Positions 1-7,787 of a stretch of 43,949 nt of DNA are shown here, piece by piece. The position numbers were made by a program, and so were the translations under genes. Source of the stretch: a virus. The stretch lies in UHGV virus genome UHGV-0179878; one strand, given 5' to 3'. Below the pieces are notes generated by a model that had not been told where the DNA came from, ran no database searches, and saw only the letters and a program-made list of their open reading frames with translations. Positions within the stretch are counted from its first letter, which is position 1. Every line of letters begins with the position of its first letter.

Positions 1-1070
1 TCGTTCTGTTCAGGGTTATCGACCGAAGTTTTAGGTTTAATCTTTATGGTTGTCTTTGTAGTTGTTGTGGTAATCGTTTCTGTGAGTAATTTATCTCTTT
101 TTAAATATAAACCTATTATTTTCTTTTCAACTTCTTTATATTTACTTTCATCAGGAATACCGTTTTTGATTAAGTCGTAATTAATTAAATCTTTCATAGA
201 ACGCCATATATTAGGGTCTGCTTTGATTGATGATTCAGATAGTTTTACCTTACTCCAACTTAGCAACCAAACGCCGTAGATTAACGCTCTGATTTGATTG
301 AGCATGAATTGCCGTTTACTCTCTGTTTGTCCTCCACAAACTTCCATAACAAGCCAACCTGGATGTTCTGGCGCTTCTTCTGAATCAGGTCTAGGCGTCC
401 ATACACGCTCACGGTCTATATATACATGAGGGTATTCATCCTCATTTACATATTTATTACGTTGTAAATATAATTCTTCAACAGAACGCATATGTGTACT
501 CTCTTTGATATATATACCTTTTACTTTCCCTATCAACTTTTGACCTTCAACCATATAATGATAAATGTACTCCAAATCATCGTCTAAATCATATGCGAAT
601 GATGTATAGGAAACTTTAGTAACCTCTTTGGTTATAGGTTTCGTTTGTTCTTTTTTGTTTTTAGGAGTGTTGTCATTAGAGGGTTTAGACGGTGTGTTAC
701 TTGATTTAGATGGTTTCTTAGTTTCTGCATGATAAGGAGGTCTGACGAACCCACTTATACCATAGTATGTGTGTTTTTCTAACGAACCAGGAGAACCGGT
801 ATAACCGTTGGAATTTCGCCAATTTTGGTCCACACTGGTGAAGTAACTCTTGTTAGATGGACCTACTACAACAGCTGTATGTCCTGTACCATTATTATAG
901 GAACCCTTTCCCCAAACTGCCATGTCACCAGGTTTCGGAACAAAGTTTCTAGTATTTCTATAAAATTTAAATCCTCTAGGGTATCTATACCATGCCATAG
1001 CTATAGCGTTTCCTGTTGTTTTAAAATGCCAATATCTATTGAAAATGTAGTTTGGTAAATCCCAACATTG
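1..1070 (-). CDS. Virion-associated peptidoglycan hydrolase (HydH5-like), exon 2, 5' part. It runs off the window start and continues in frame at 43949.
   Basis: My own translation of the minus strand gives ...QCWDLPNYIFNRYW...KPGDMAVWGKGSYNNGTGHTAVVVG...VDQNW, which is the Cys and His halves of a CHAP domain (compare LysK DGYYHAQCQDL...). No stop occurs before position 1. The frame leaves an incomplete codon, GA, that is completed by the T complementary to position 43949. Confidence 0.75.
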
Positions 1071-2053
1071 CGTTTGTATTTAACTTAACGCCTTTCCCCG
1101 CATTAATTTCTTAATACGCTTGTGTAACGTTAAATTGCTCTATAAAAAGAGCCTCATGCTTTCACATGAGACTAGACTATATCTTAATATTCATTTTTAG
1201 CTTTTTTATAAGCTAAGTGTGCTTCTTCTGCAGTTTCATAAACACCTAAGTATATAAATTTCTTGTTTTTGTAAAGCTGCGCTTGATATTTGTTTAGATG
1301 TGGTTTGTAAGTTACTCCTGTATATCCTGTCTTATTATGATATTTTCGTCGATTGTTTGCATTTTCTTCATGACTAACCCATCTGCAATTTGATGGTTTA
1401 TAATCGTCATCGTTGTTAATTCTGTCTAATTCAGCACCTTCGAATGGTACATCCCCCATATCTTTGTAGAATTGCATAAAGTCATCTTTCCACTCATCAC
1501 AAACCTTTATACCTCTACCGCCATATGCGCTGTAAAAATCATAGTTAGAGTTGTAACATCGTTGCTTCATACCTTTCCATTTATTATAAATTAAAGTTCC
1601 AGTCATACCATGTTTTTTAGAATGACTAACTTTATTCAAACAACCACAACTTTTAGAATAACCATTTTTCACTTCGGTACCAATCATTATTTTTTCATTA
1701 CCGCATCTCGTACAGTAACATTTATATAGTTTCTTTTTATGTTTATTTCTGCCATAAAACTCTAGAACTTTAAGATAATTAAACTGCATTCCTACAATGT
1801 CCATTTGACCGCTCCTTATCAATCGTCAAATACATTGTATCACACATGAATATTTAATGCACTGCCTATCAATTGATAGTACATAGTCGTTGAAGCTTCC
1901 TCTACTATTACCATAGAGGCTTGCCTGCTGATTGCCCAATCCTTAATATTTTTTAACTTTCACGCTTACCGTTACCAGTTACGTTGTAGTTATTAAGGTT
2001 CTAAGGGTGTCCCAGCAATTCACATTATTTTTTTACATGGAACCCATTAATTA
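1071..2053 (-). mobile_element. Group I intron (983 nt) interrupting the CHAP domain, carrying an HNH homing endonuclease ORF.
   Basis: Exon 1 ends ...DVDGYYGA then TAA; exon 2 resumes QCWDL. The joined sequence matches the contiguous CHAP motif DxDGYY(G/H)AQC(W/Q)DL. The 5' exon ends in U and the exon end GGAGCU can pair with the intron sequence GGUUCC about 10 nt in, giving P1 with a U.G wobble at the splice site. The intron's last nucleotide is G. A free-standing HNH ORF sits inside. Confidence 0.7.
1184..1822 (-). CDS. Intron-encoded HNH homing endonuclease (HNH_3 motif plus C-terminal AP2 DNA-binding domain).
   Basis: 212 aa. HNH_3-like motif ...ELDRINNDDDYKPSNCRWVSHEENANN. AP2-like segment TGYTGVTYKPHLNKYQAQLYKNKKFIYLGVYETAEEAHLAYKKA. 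Lies wholly within the intron between the two hydrolase exons. Confidence 0.75.
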   Translation of the reverse strand: MIRSGQMDIVGMQFNYLKVLEFYGRNKHKKKLYKCYCTRCGNEKIMIGTEVKNGYSKSCGCLNKVSHSKKHGMTGTLIYNKWKGMKQRCYNSNYDFYSAYGGRGIKVCDEWKDDFMQFYKDMGDVPFEGAELDRINNDDDYKPSNCRWVSHEENANNRRKYHNKTGYTGVTYKPHLNKYQAQLYKNKKFIYLGVYETAEEAHLAYKKAKNEY

Positions 2054-2161
2054 AGCTCCATAATAACCATCTACATCAACTCTTCTGCCAATCATCCTTT
2101 TTGCCCATGCTGCAACTTCCGAAGCAGTAGGTTTTCTTTTTTTAGGGCTAGGTAATCCCAT
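2054..2161 (-). CDS. Virion-associated peptidoglycan hydrolase, exon 1 (N-terminal 36 aa of the CHAP domain).
   Basis: RBS AGGTGG, then ATG. Encodes MGLPSPKKRKPTASEVAAWAKRMIGRRVDVDGYYGA followed by TAA, which falls inside the intron. Matches the N-terminus of LysK/HydH5-type CHAP domains up to the residue before the catalytic Cys. Confidence 0.65.
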
Positions 2162-2211
2162 ATATCCACCTCATTTCTGGCATAATAAAAAGTCGATACA
2201 TAAGTACCGAC

Positions 2212-2658
2212 TTAGTTTCCAAATAGCAAAGGGGCAATTACTTTACTTAGTGTTTCTAATAGTGCGAATGCACCTACAAGTATAGCGCCTAAAGTTTTAT
2301 TAGATAATTTCCTTTCTTCCAATATAAATTGCTTATCTTCAATCTTGCTATCTAATGTTTTTCTGATATCCCTTACTTCTTCGTTAACTTCTTCAAAACG
2401 CCTATTTGTATTAGAATTTGATTGCCTCAACTCTTTCACAAGTCCTTCTATGCTATTCGCCATTCTATCCGTATTTTTTTCAGTGTTAGCAGATGTACCT
2501 TTTAATTCTGTAATAACTTGTATCGTTTCCGTATATCTATCGTCATGTTTTTCATCAACTTTGTATAACTTTTCAGTCGTTTTATCTATATTAGTTTCGG
2601 CTTTATCCATACGTTTTTCTAAGCTAGTAATTCTTTGTTCTTCTATTGTTTTTTGCAT
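2212..2658 (-). CDS. XhlA-like coiled-coil protein with a C-terminal transmembrane segment.
   Basis: 148 aa. Long coiled coil, then hydrophobic tail LGAILVGAFALLETLSKVIAPLLFGN. Sits next to the hydrolase gene as xhlA does in PBSX. Confidence 0.45.
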   Translation of the reverse strand: MQKTIEEQRITSLEKRMDKAETNIDKTTEKLYKVDEKHDDRYTETIQVITELKGTSANTEKNTDRMANSIEGLVKELRQSNSNTNRRFEEVNEEVRDIRKTLDSKIEDKQFILEERKLSNKTLGAILVGAFALLETLSKVIAPLLFGN

Positions 2659-3086
2659 AAAATCAAAACTCCAATTGCAACCAAGATGATTTGTATGATA
2701 CCAACACTCAAATTAATGTAATAGGTCGTGAACATCTCTGCACCACTTACTGACAATAAACCGAAAAGTATATGGATGAAACCACTTAAACTATTACCTA
2801 AAACGATGAATATAGCATATGCTTTACCATCTAAGAACATCGCTGCAATAAGAATGAATGAACCTATTAACATAAACCAACCCATAGTCTGAATGTCAAA
2901 ATAAAGACTTATTTTGGTATACAAAGGAGATATTTTTTCTAGTTCATCTACCGTTTTATCAATCCACTCTAAGCTTCTTATTCCACCTGTAACAGCTAAC
3001 AATAAAAGTAAAAGGTTGGACATTAAGTCTGATGTGTTTATTTTCTTCAAGGTTAATACACCTACTTCACTTAAAATAAAAACCAC
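2643..3086 (-). CDS. Multi-pass membrane protein (holin-like, about 4 transmembrane segments).
   Basis: 147 aa with several hydrophobic helices. Overlaps the start of the XhlA-like gene. Function is uncertain because a canonical phi11-type holin exists at 41127..41402. Confidence 0.5.
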   Translation of the reverse strand: MVFILSEVGVLTLKKINTSDLMSNLLLLLLAVTGGIRSLEWIDKTVDELEKISPLYTKISLYFDIQTMGWFMLIGSFILIAAMFLDGKAYAIFIVLGNSLSGFIHILFGLLSVSGAEMFTTYYINLSVGIIQIILVAIGVLILCKKQ

Positions 3087-3092
3087 AAGTTA

Positions 3093-3233
3093 TTTAACTT
3101 GCGGTTCGTAATCTTTACCTGTAGTTTCTTTAAATTGCTCCGGAGTAATCCAACCAACTCTAACAAACTTTTTGAAAGTTTCGTCAGTGTATAATTTTTT
3201 CTTATATAAATCGATTACTACTTTATCCATATT
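3093..3233 (-). CDS. XkdX-family small phage protein (46 aa).
   Basis: Not in the ORF track because it is under 60 aa. RBS GGGGGAAG, then ATG. MDKVVIDLYKKKLYTDETFKKFVRVGWITPEQFKETTGKDYEPQVK carries the ITxEQ(F/Y)KEITG signature of XkdX. Confidence 0.5.
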
Positions 3234-3570
3234 ACGCTTCCCCCAATTTTTGATTTGCTTGTTCTTCAGTTATTAGTGCGATGTTCTGCTTCAAACTCAT
3301 AACTTCTTCTTGTAAATCGACAACTAAGCTAGTTAATTTAGCTATAGCAATATCTTTGTCATCAACAGGAATTTCTACTTCAGGCAACATCTTTTCTAGC
3401 TCATCTTGGGTTTGTCCAACCCATTGTTTACCGTCATAATAGCAAGGTAAGATAATACCTTGAGGAGGTTGGTTCTCTGTCCATTTTTCATCAGGATAAA
3501 CATATTCATCTTCTTCGTTTTTGTGAACAATAATTGCTTGTCCATTTTTCCATAAATAAACTACTTTCAT
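3232..3570 (-). CDS. Hypothetical tail-module protein.
   Basis: ORF 3232..3591. The more likely start is the internal ATG with RBS GGAGTG (MKVVYLWKNG...). Translationally coupled downstream of BppU. Confidence 0.5.
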   Translation of the reverse strand: MKVVYLWKNGQAIIVHKNEEDEYVYPDEKWTENQPPQGIILPCYYDGKQWVGQTQDELEKMLPEVEIPVDDKDIAIAKLTSLVVDLQEEVMSLKQNIALITEEQANQKLGEA

Positions 3571-3574
3571 TTCA

Positions 3575-5107
3575 TCACTCCGTCCATTCATATTGACCGT
3601 AAATATAATCTGTATCAGTCCACGCTGATGGATCTACAGTAGCGTCAAAATTCACTGTTCCTGATGTGTTCAACGAAATACGTCCGCTGTTTTTGTTTCT
3701 AGGTGCACTTATTGAGAAAAACATTAAGTTTTTGACGAATTCTTTAGGTAAAAGTGCAATAGTCTGTCCATGTTTGATAGTTGTAGCATTAATGCGTAAC
3801 ATTTTCTTAGTAACTCCATTCTGTGTGATTGTTCTGTACGCACTAGTGAAGCCACCCTTAGTAACTAAGTCGTTATGAGGTGATGCACTGTTCACTAGTT
3901 GTAAATCAATCCAACCAGTATCTACAACATCTGAACCGACACGTTCCCAACCACTCCAACTCTTATAAAATCTTTTTTGGTAGATTACAGTTGAATTGTA
4001 AGGTTGGTATTGTATTAGAACTGCATCTCCATTTCTTTTATACTTTGTTAACCACCCATTATTATTTGTTCCAGTTGGGTTGTTCAAAGTAAGAACAACA
4101 TATCTAGTTCCTATCGGTAAAGACATTAATTGTTCGTTATTATCGAAATCTATTTGTAGGTTAGCATCATAAAAATTAGTACCATCATCATTTGTTAATT
4201 TAAATTTTTGCCAATCCTTTTCTGTAAACTTACTTTCTACATATTCAGGAGTAGTAAAGCCATCTCTTTCAAGGGTTTCATTAAATGTTTGTAGCTTTTC
4301 ATCAATTGTTGTGTTAGCTTGATTAACATTTGAATTAAAAGCGTCCACATTGCTATCATAAATTTTTTGGAATGTATCTGAAGCTAAATCATAATCCGTC
4401 TTGATAGCGTCACGTTTAGCATCTATTTGTCTTAACGCTTCTTCTCTCTCTAAGTCAATGCTTTGGTTAGACGACAATAATGCGTCTGTAATTGAAACAA
4501 TAGCATCTGCTTGAGCCTTGTTTATTTTAATGAGGTATTCTTCAGCTGTTTGCTTAATAGATTCAATCAACGTTTGTGTATCGCCTATATCTTGCTTAAG
4601 TTGTTGCACTTTCTTTTCTAATTCCGAACGCAAATCATCAAACATGCGAATATAAGATACTTTAATGTCGCTTTCTATTTGATTGATAAGACTGTCGCGT
4701 ACCGTGAATTTAAAAGTACCTAACACAACAGTGTCGTCTTTCCCTACGTTATTCACATCATTGAGTGATAAGTAAATTTCACCCAACACTTCAGAATCGA
4801 CAACATTTTTCAGAAACCATTGAGGTACCGTAATGCCTATTAATCCTTTCATTGGATCAATGAACTCTACGTCTAATACACCCGATGTACTAGGTCGTTT
4901 TTCTTCTGTTCCGTTCGCAGCTTTAAAGAAAGCATAACCTTTAACGTTCTTATCGCTGATTAACAAAGGTTTGTTGTCTTTTTGTACTACAAATTGAAAT
5001 TTAGCAGTATTTTTATCGAGATTATAAAAACCGATACCTCTATTAGATATCGGTTGTAAATATGGTTCTTCATTTAAATCAAGTTTACCTACTTTTTCTA
5101 ATTCCAT
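3575..5107 (-). CDS. Baseplate upper protein (BppU-family N-terminus) / receptor-binding tail protein.
   Basis: 510 aa. N-terminal MELEKVGKLDLNEEPYLQPISNRGIGFYNLDK... is typical of the siphovirus BppU N-domain. Start overlaps the upstream stop (TAATG). Located after Tal and the fibre genes. Confidence 0.6.
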   Translation of the reverse strand: MELEKVGKLDLNEEPYLQPISNRGIGFYNLDKNTAKFQFVVQKDNKPLLISDKNVKGYAFFKAANGTEEKRPSTSGVLDVEFIDPMKGLIGITVPQWFLKNVVDSEVLGEIYLSLNDVNNVGKDDTVVLGTFKFTVRDSLINQIESDIKVSYIRMFDDLRSELEKKVQQLKQDIGDTQTLIESIKQTAEEYLIKINKAQADAIVSITDALLSSNQSIDLEREEALRQIDAKRDAIKTDYDLASDTFQKIYDSNVDAFNSNVNQANTTIDEKLQTFNETLERDGFTTPEYVESKFTEKDWQKFKLTNDDGTNFYDANLQIDFDNNEQLMSLPIGTRYVVLTLNNPTGTNNNGWLTKYKRNGDAVLIQYQPYNSTVIYQKRFYKSWSGWERVGSDVVDTGWIDLQLVNSASPHNDLVTKGGFTSAYRTITQNGVTKKMLRINATTIKHGQTIALLPKEFVKNLMFFSISAPRNKNSGRISLNTSGTVNFDATVDPSAWTDTDYIYGQYEWTE

Positions 5108-7773
5108 TATTTAGCACCCCACAATACTAATGCTATTGCACAGCCACGTTCTTCAGTGTATTCAGAAGTTATCTTCATGACTCTGCCTTTACCATTCACA
5201 TTATCTTTATATCCTACACCTGCTCTACCGTTGATATAGTCGCCTGGTATAACGTCTTTCTCAATGTTTGTGTAGATTTGACCTAATAATCCGACTACAT
5301 TCCATTCAGGTCTTTCTGAACGTGATTGATAATCGATTTTGTCGTTATATTCAGGGTTTTCTACTGGTATGTCACGCCATTCGAAAGAAACGTTGCCCTC
5401 ATCATCTACAAATTCAACTTGTTTTCTATTCGTGATAGTCACACCATATTCGTTTTTAAGAAATCTATCTTTGTGGTGGAACGTTTTTTCGTTCGCTACC
5501 AACGCGGCAGTTCCAGATATAACGCCAATTGGTGTGTCATTAGGTTGCGCTTTTCTTATCTTATCGCCGTCTAATGTAACGATAGTTCCTAAATCGATTG
5601 CTAATCCATTTTGTGACTCAAATAACTCTGCGATATCGGCACTATCTTGTTTAAGTTGACCGGCTAAAGTTAAGTTTCCTGAATAAGTGCTTAAATCAAA
5701 TTTAATGTTAGATGTAGAAGCATTACCACTAGAACCATATCCAGCGACAACATGATAGTTACCAGGTGACTTAACACGATTACTATTCATAATCAGTTGT
5801 GTATGGCCTTTTTTATCAGTTTCAGAATTAAGTGAATTGATAATACCGCTACGTGAACCATAAGATTTGGAGTTAGCACCAGAACCTAATACAAAGCTAC
5901 GATTACTGTATGCTTTCGAACCACCTGTAGATGCAATAACTGCACTAGCGTTTGCTACACCAGCACTTCCTGTAGACGCTATACTAGCGCCGCCTTTTCC
6001 TACTGTAGGTGGTGTGTCGTACTTTTCTCCTGCTATCCATGCAGAAGTTGAATAATTATCAGCTGTGACGCCGCTAATCATAGCGTGGTTATTTGTCAAA
6101 CGTAATCCTATACCTGAACCATTGCCGTGTAAGTTACAATTAGTTATTTTAGTGTCGTATATTTTACTTCCAACACCGATACCGATATTGTTAGATGAAT
6201 TCCAAATATTTATGTTATTTAGTGATACTCTAGACGGTCTATTATCTCCGCCAAATAATCTAATATCTACTTCTGCATTTTTAAAGTTACGCACATTAAT
6301 ATTATTAAGCGAGATGTTTTCGGACATGAATTGGATGGCTATTGCTGGTTGTTTTTTATCTAGTTTTCCACCTTCTAATTTTCCGAAATCACTATCACCT
6401 ATAGCTGTAAAGTTATTTACAGAAACATTTCTATAAGCACTGATTAATAATGCTCTAGGTGTTGAGCCTGGATACACACCATTGTATTTAGGGTTTAAAG
6501 CTAAGCAATTATTTAGCACCACGTCATAAGCAGTCAAACTTTTATTGTCCGTTTTAGCTCTATGATGACCGATGTGTCGAATGTTGTAAGCTCTTGTATC
6601 TTCGATTGATACGTGACCGTTAACGAACACACCACTTGCAGCACTTGCATTACTGTGTGCTTTGATTTCTAAACCACCGAAGTTACCTTTGGTTCTGTTG
6701 TTTGATAAGAACACATATTGTGAGCCATCGTCAATTTCTACACCGTTGTTATTACTTCCACCTGTTGGTGTATGTGCATAACAATTAGAAATTGTAATGT
6801 AACGAGAGTGATGGGTAGTGATACCATCATCTCCGCAACCATATACCTCACAATTATCAATATGAATATGCTTACTTTCTAATGCGTAAGGCACTCTGTT
6901 TCCATCGCCTTCGTAGTAATAATTGTCATTTGCATATGTTACATCGATACAGTGTAGTAAAGCGTCATATGATTTAACGTTATAGATATATCCATTAGTT
7001 ACACCCGCAAATCTAATGTTAGATGAACGAGAACCACCGGTAGCTTTAAGTGTTTTATTTTGTCTAAACTTATTCCCGTTGAACGAAAAACTTTCTAATG
7101 AAATGTTTTCAGCTCCACCACTCATTTTTAAGTTAGTGATACCAATATTTTCTGCAGGTGTTTCGTCCATAAACTTAATTGTAGTAATGTCTTTACCTTG
7201 TCCTACCAAACGAGAGTTGTTAGGCATTTTAATACCTGTTGTAAGGTAAGTACCACCACTCATAGTTACCTGTACATTGCCGTTACCTAATGCGTCTTGG
7301 AAAGCTTTCGTACTGTCCTTTTGACCTGTAGGATCTCCGCCAAAGTCATCAACGTTAACAATACGTTGTATTTTCTTAGTTAAGTCGGCTCTTAGTTCTT
7401 CTCTAGCGTTACTTTCTCTTAAAAAGTCGTGATATAGACGTTGGTGTAAAGAATCGAAACTTTGAGCGTCCATTGATGTGTGACTAGCTTTTAATTCGTT
7501 ATTGCCATCACCGTTATGACCTAACACAAGATGTTCAATAAGTTCATCTTGATAATTTTCATGATTAGATAATACGACATCTTTACCTTTTGTAGTTTTG
7601 TGTTTGATTTGATCAGTTGTATGCGCATTTTTTTGAGTGGTTAAATGCTCGTTAAAGCTATCATCACTTTTATTAGTCCAGTATTTTATTTGTTCGAAGT
7701 TATTCTCAAGTTGACTTACAAACTTTTGACTAAAGTACGAGTGAAGTTTCGTAATTAAGTTATCTAATTTCAA
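5107..7773 (-). CDS. Tail fibre / depolymerase-like protein with a pectate-lyase-3 right-handed beta-helix domain.
   Basis: 888 aa. Motif ...VNVDDFGGDPTGQKDSTKAFQDALGNGNVQVTMSGGTYL... matches the Pectate_lyase_3 N-cap. Long run of NxxG/beta-helix-like repeats. Gly/Ser-rich segment near the C-terminus. Confidence 0.65.
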   Translation of the reverse strand: MKLDNLITKLHSYFSQKFVSQLENNFEQIKYWTNKSDDSFNEHLTTQKNAHTTDQIKHKTTKGKDVVLSNHENYQDELIEHLVLGHNGDGNNELKASHTSMDAQSFDSLHQRLYHDFLRESNAREELRADLTKKIQRIVNVDDFGGDPTGQKDSTKAFQDALGNGNVQVTMSGGTYLTTGIKMPNNSRLVGQGKDITTIKFMDETPAENIGITNLKMSGGAENISLESFSFNGNKFRQNKTLKATGGSRSSNIRFAGVTNGYIYNVKSYDALLHCIDVTYANDNYYYEGDGNRVPYALESKHIHIDNCEVYGCGDDGITTHHSRYITISNCYAHTPTGGSNNNGVEIDDGSQYVFLSNNRTKGNFGGLEIKAHSNASAASGVFVNGHVSIEDTRAYNIRHIGHHRAKTDNKSLTAYDVVLNNCLALNPKYNGVYPGSTPRALLISAYRNVSVNNFTAIGDSDFGKLEGGKLDKKQPAIAIQFMSENISLNNINVRNFKNAEVDIRLFGGDNRPSRVSLNNINIWNSSNNIGIGVGSKIYDTKITNCNLHGNGSGIGLRLTNNHAMISGVTADNYSTSAWIAGEKYDTPPTVGKGGASIASTGSAGVANASAVIASTGGSKAYSNRSFVLGSGANSKSYGSRSGIINSLNSETDKKGHTQLIMNSNRVKSPGNYHVVAGYGSSGNASTSNIKFDLSTYSGNLTLAGQLKQDSADIAELFESQNGLAIDLGTIVTLDGDKIRKAQPNDTPIGVISGTAALVANEKTFHHKDRFLKNEYGVTITNRKQVEFVDDEGNVSFEWRDIPVENPEYNDKIDYQSRSERPEWNVVGLLGQIYTNIEKDVIPGDYINGRAGVGYKDNVNGKGRVMKITSEYTEERGCAIALVLWGAK

Positions 7774-7787
7774 ATTTTTTGACCTCC

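Noticed and set aside
825-1058. Plus-strand ORF-track entries inside minus-strand genes (e.g. 825..1058, 2345..2689, 5326..5659, 11399..12370, 17117..17467, 18025..18441, 37417..37758; minus-strand 37291..37540 and 39077..39340 inside plus-strand genes).
   Set aside because: These are shadow ORFs. They lack RBSs, overlap well-supported genes on the opposite strand and have low-complexity, biased composition.
1-1070. An endolysin whose central region is an Amidase_2 domain (LysK-like CHAP-amidase-SH3b).
   Set aside because: The C-terminal continuation is a GH73 glucosaminidase, and I could not recognise amidase_2 motifs in the middle region. The protein fits the virion-associated CHAP...LYZ2 hydrolase architecture, and a separate CHAP-Amidase_3-SH3b endolysin exists at 39724..41127.
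2643-3086. Calling this 4-transmembrane protein the phage's main holin.
   Set aside because: A canonical phi11-type holin (41127..41402) directly precedes the amidase. This protein is kept as a holin-like membrane protein of uncertain role.
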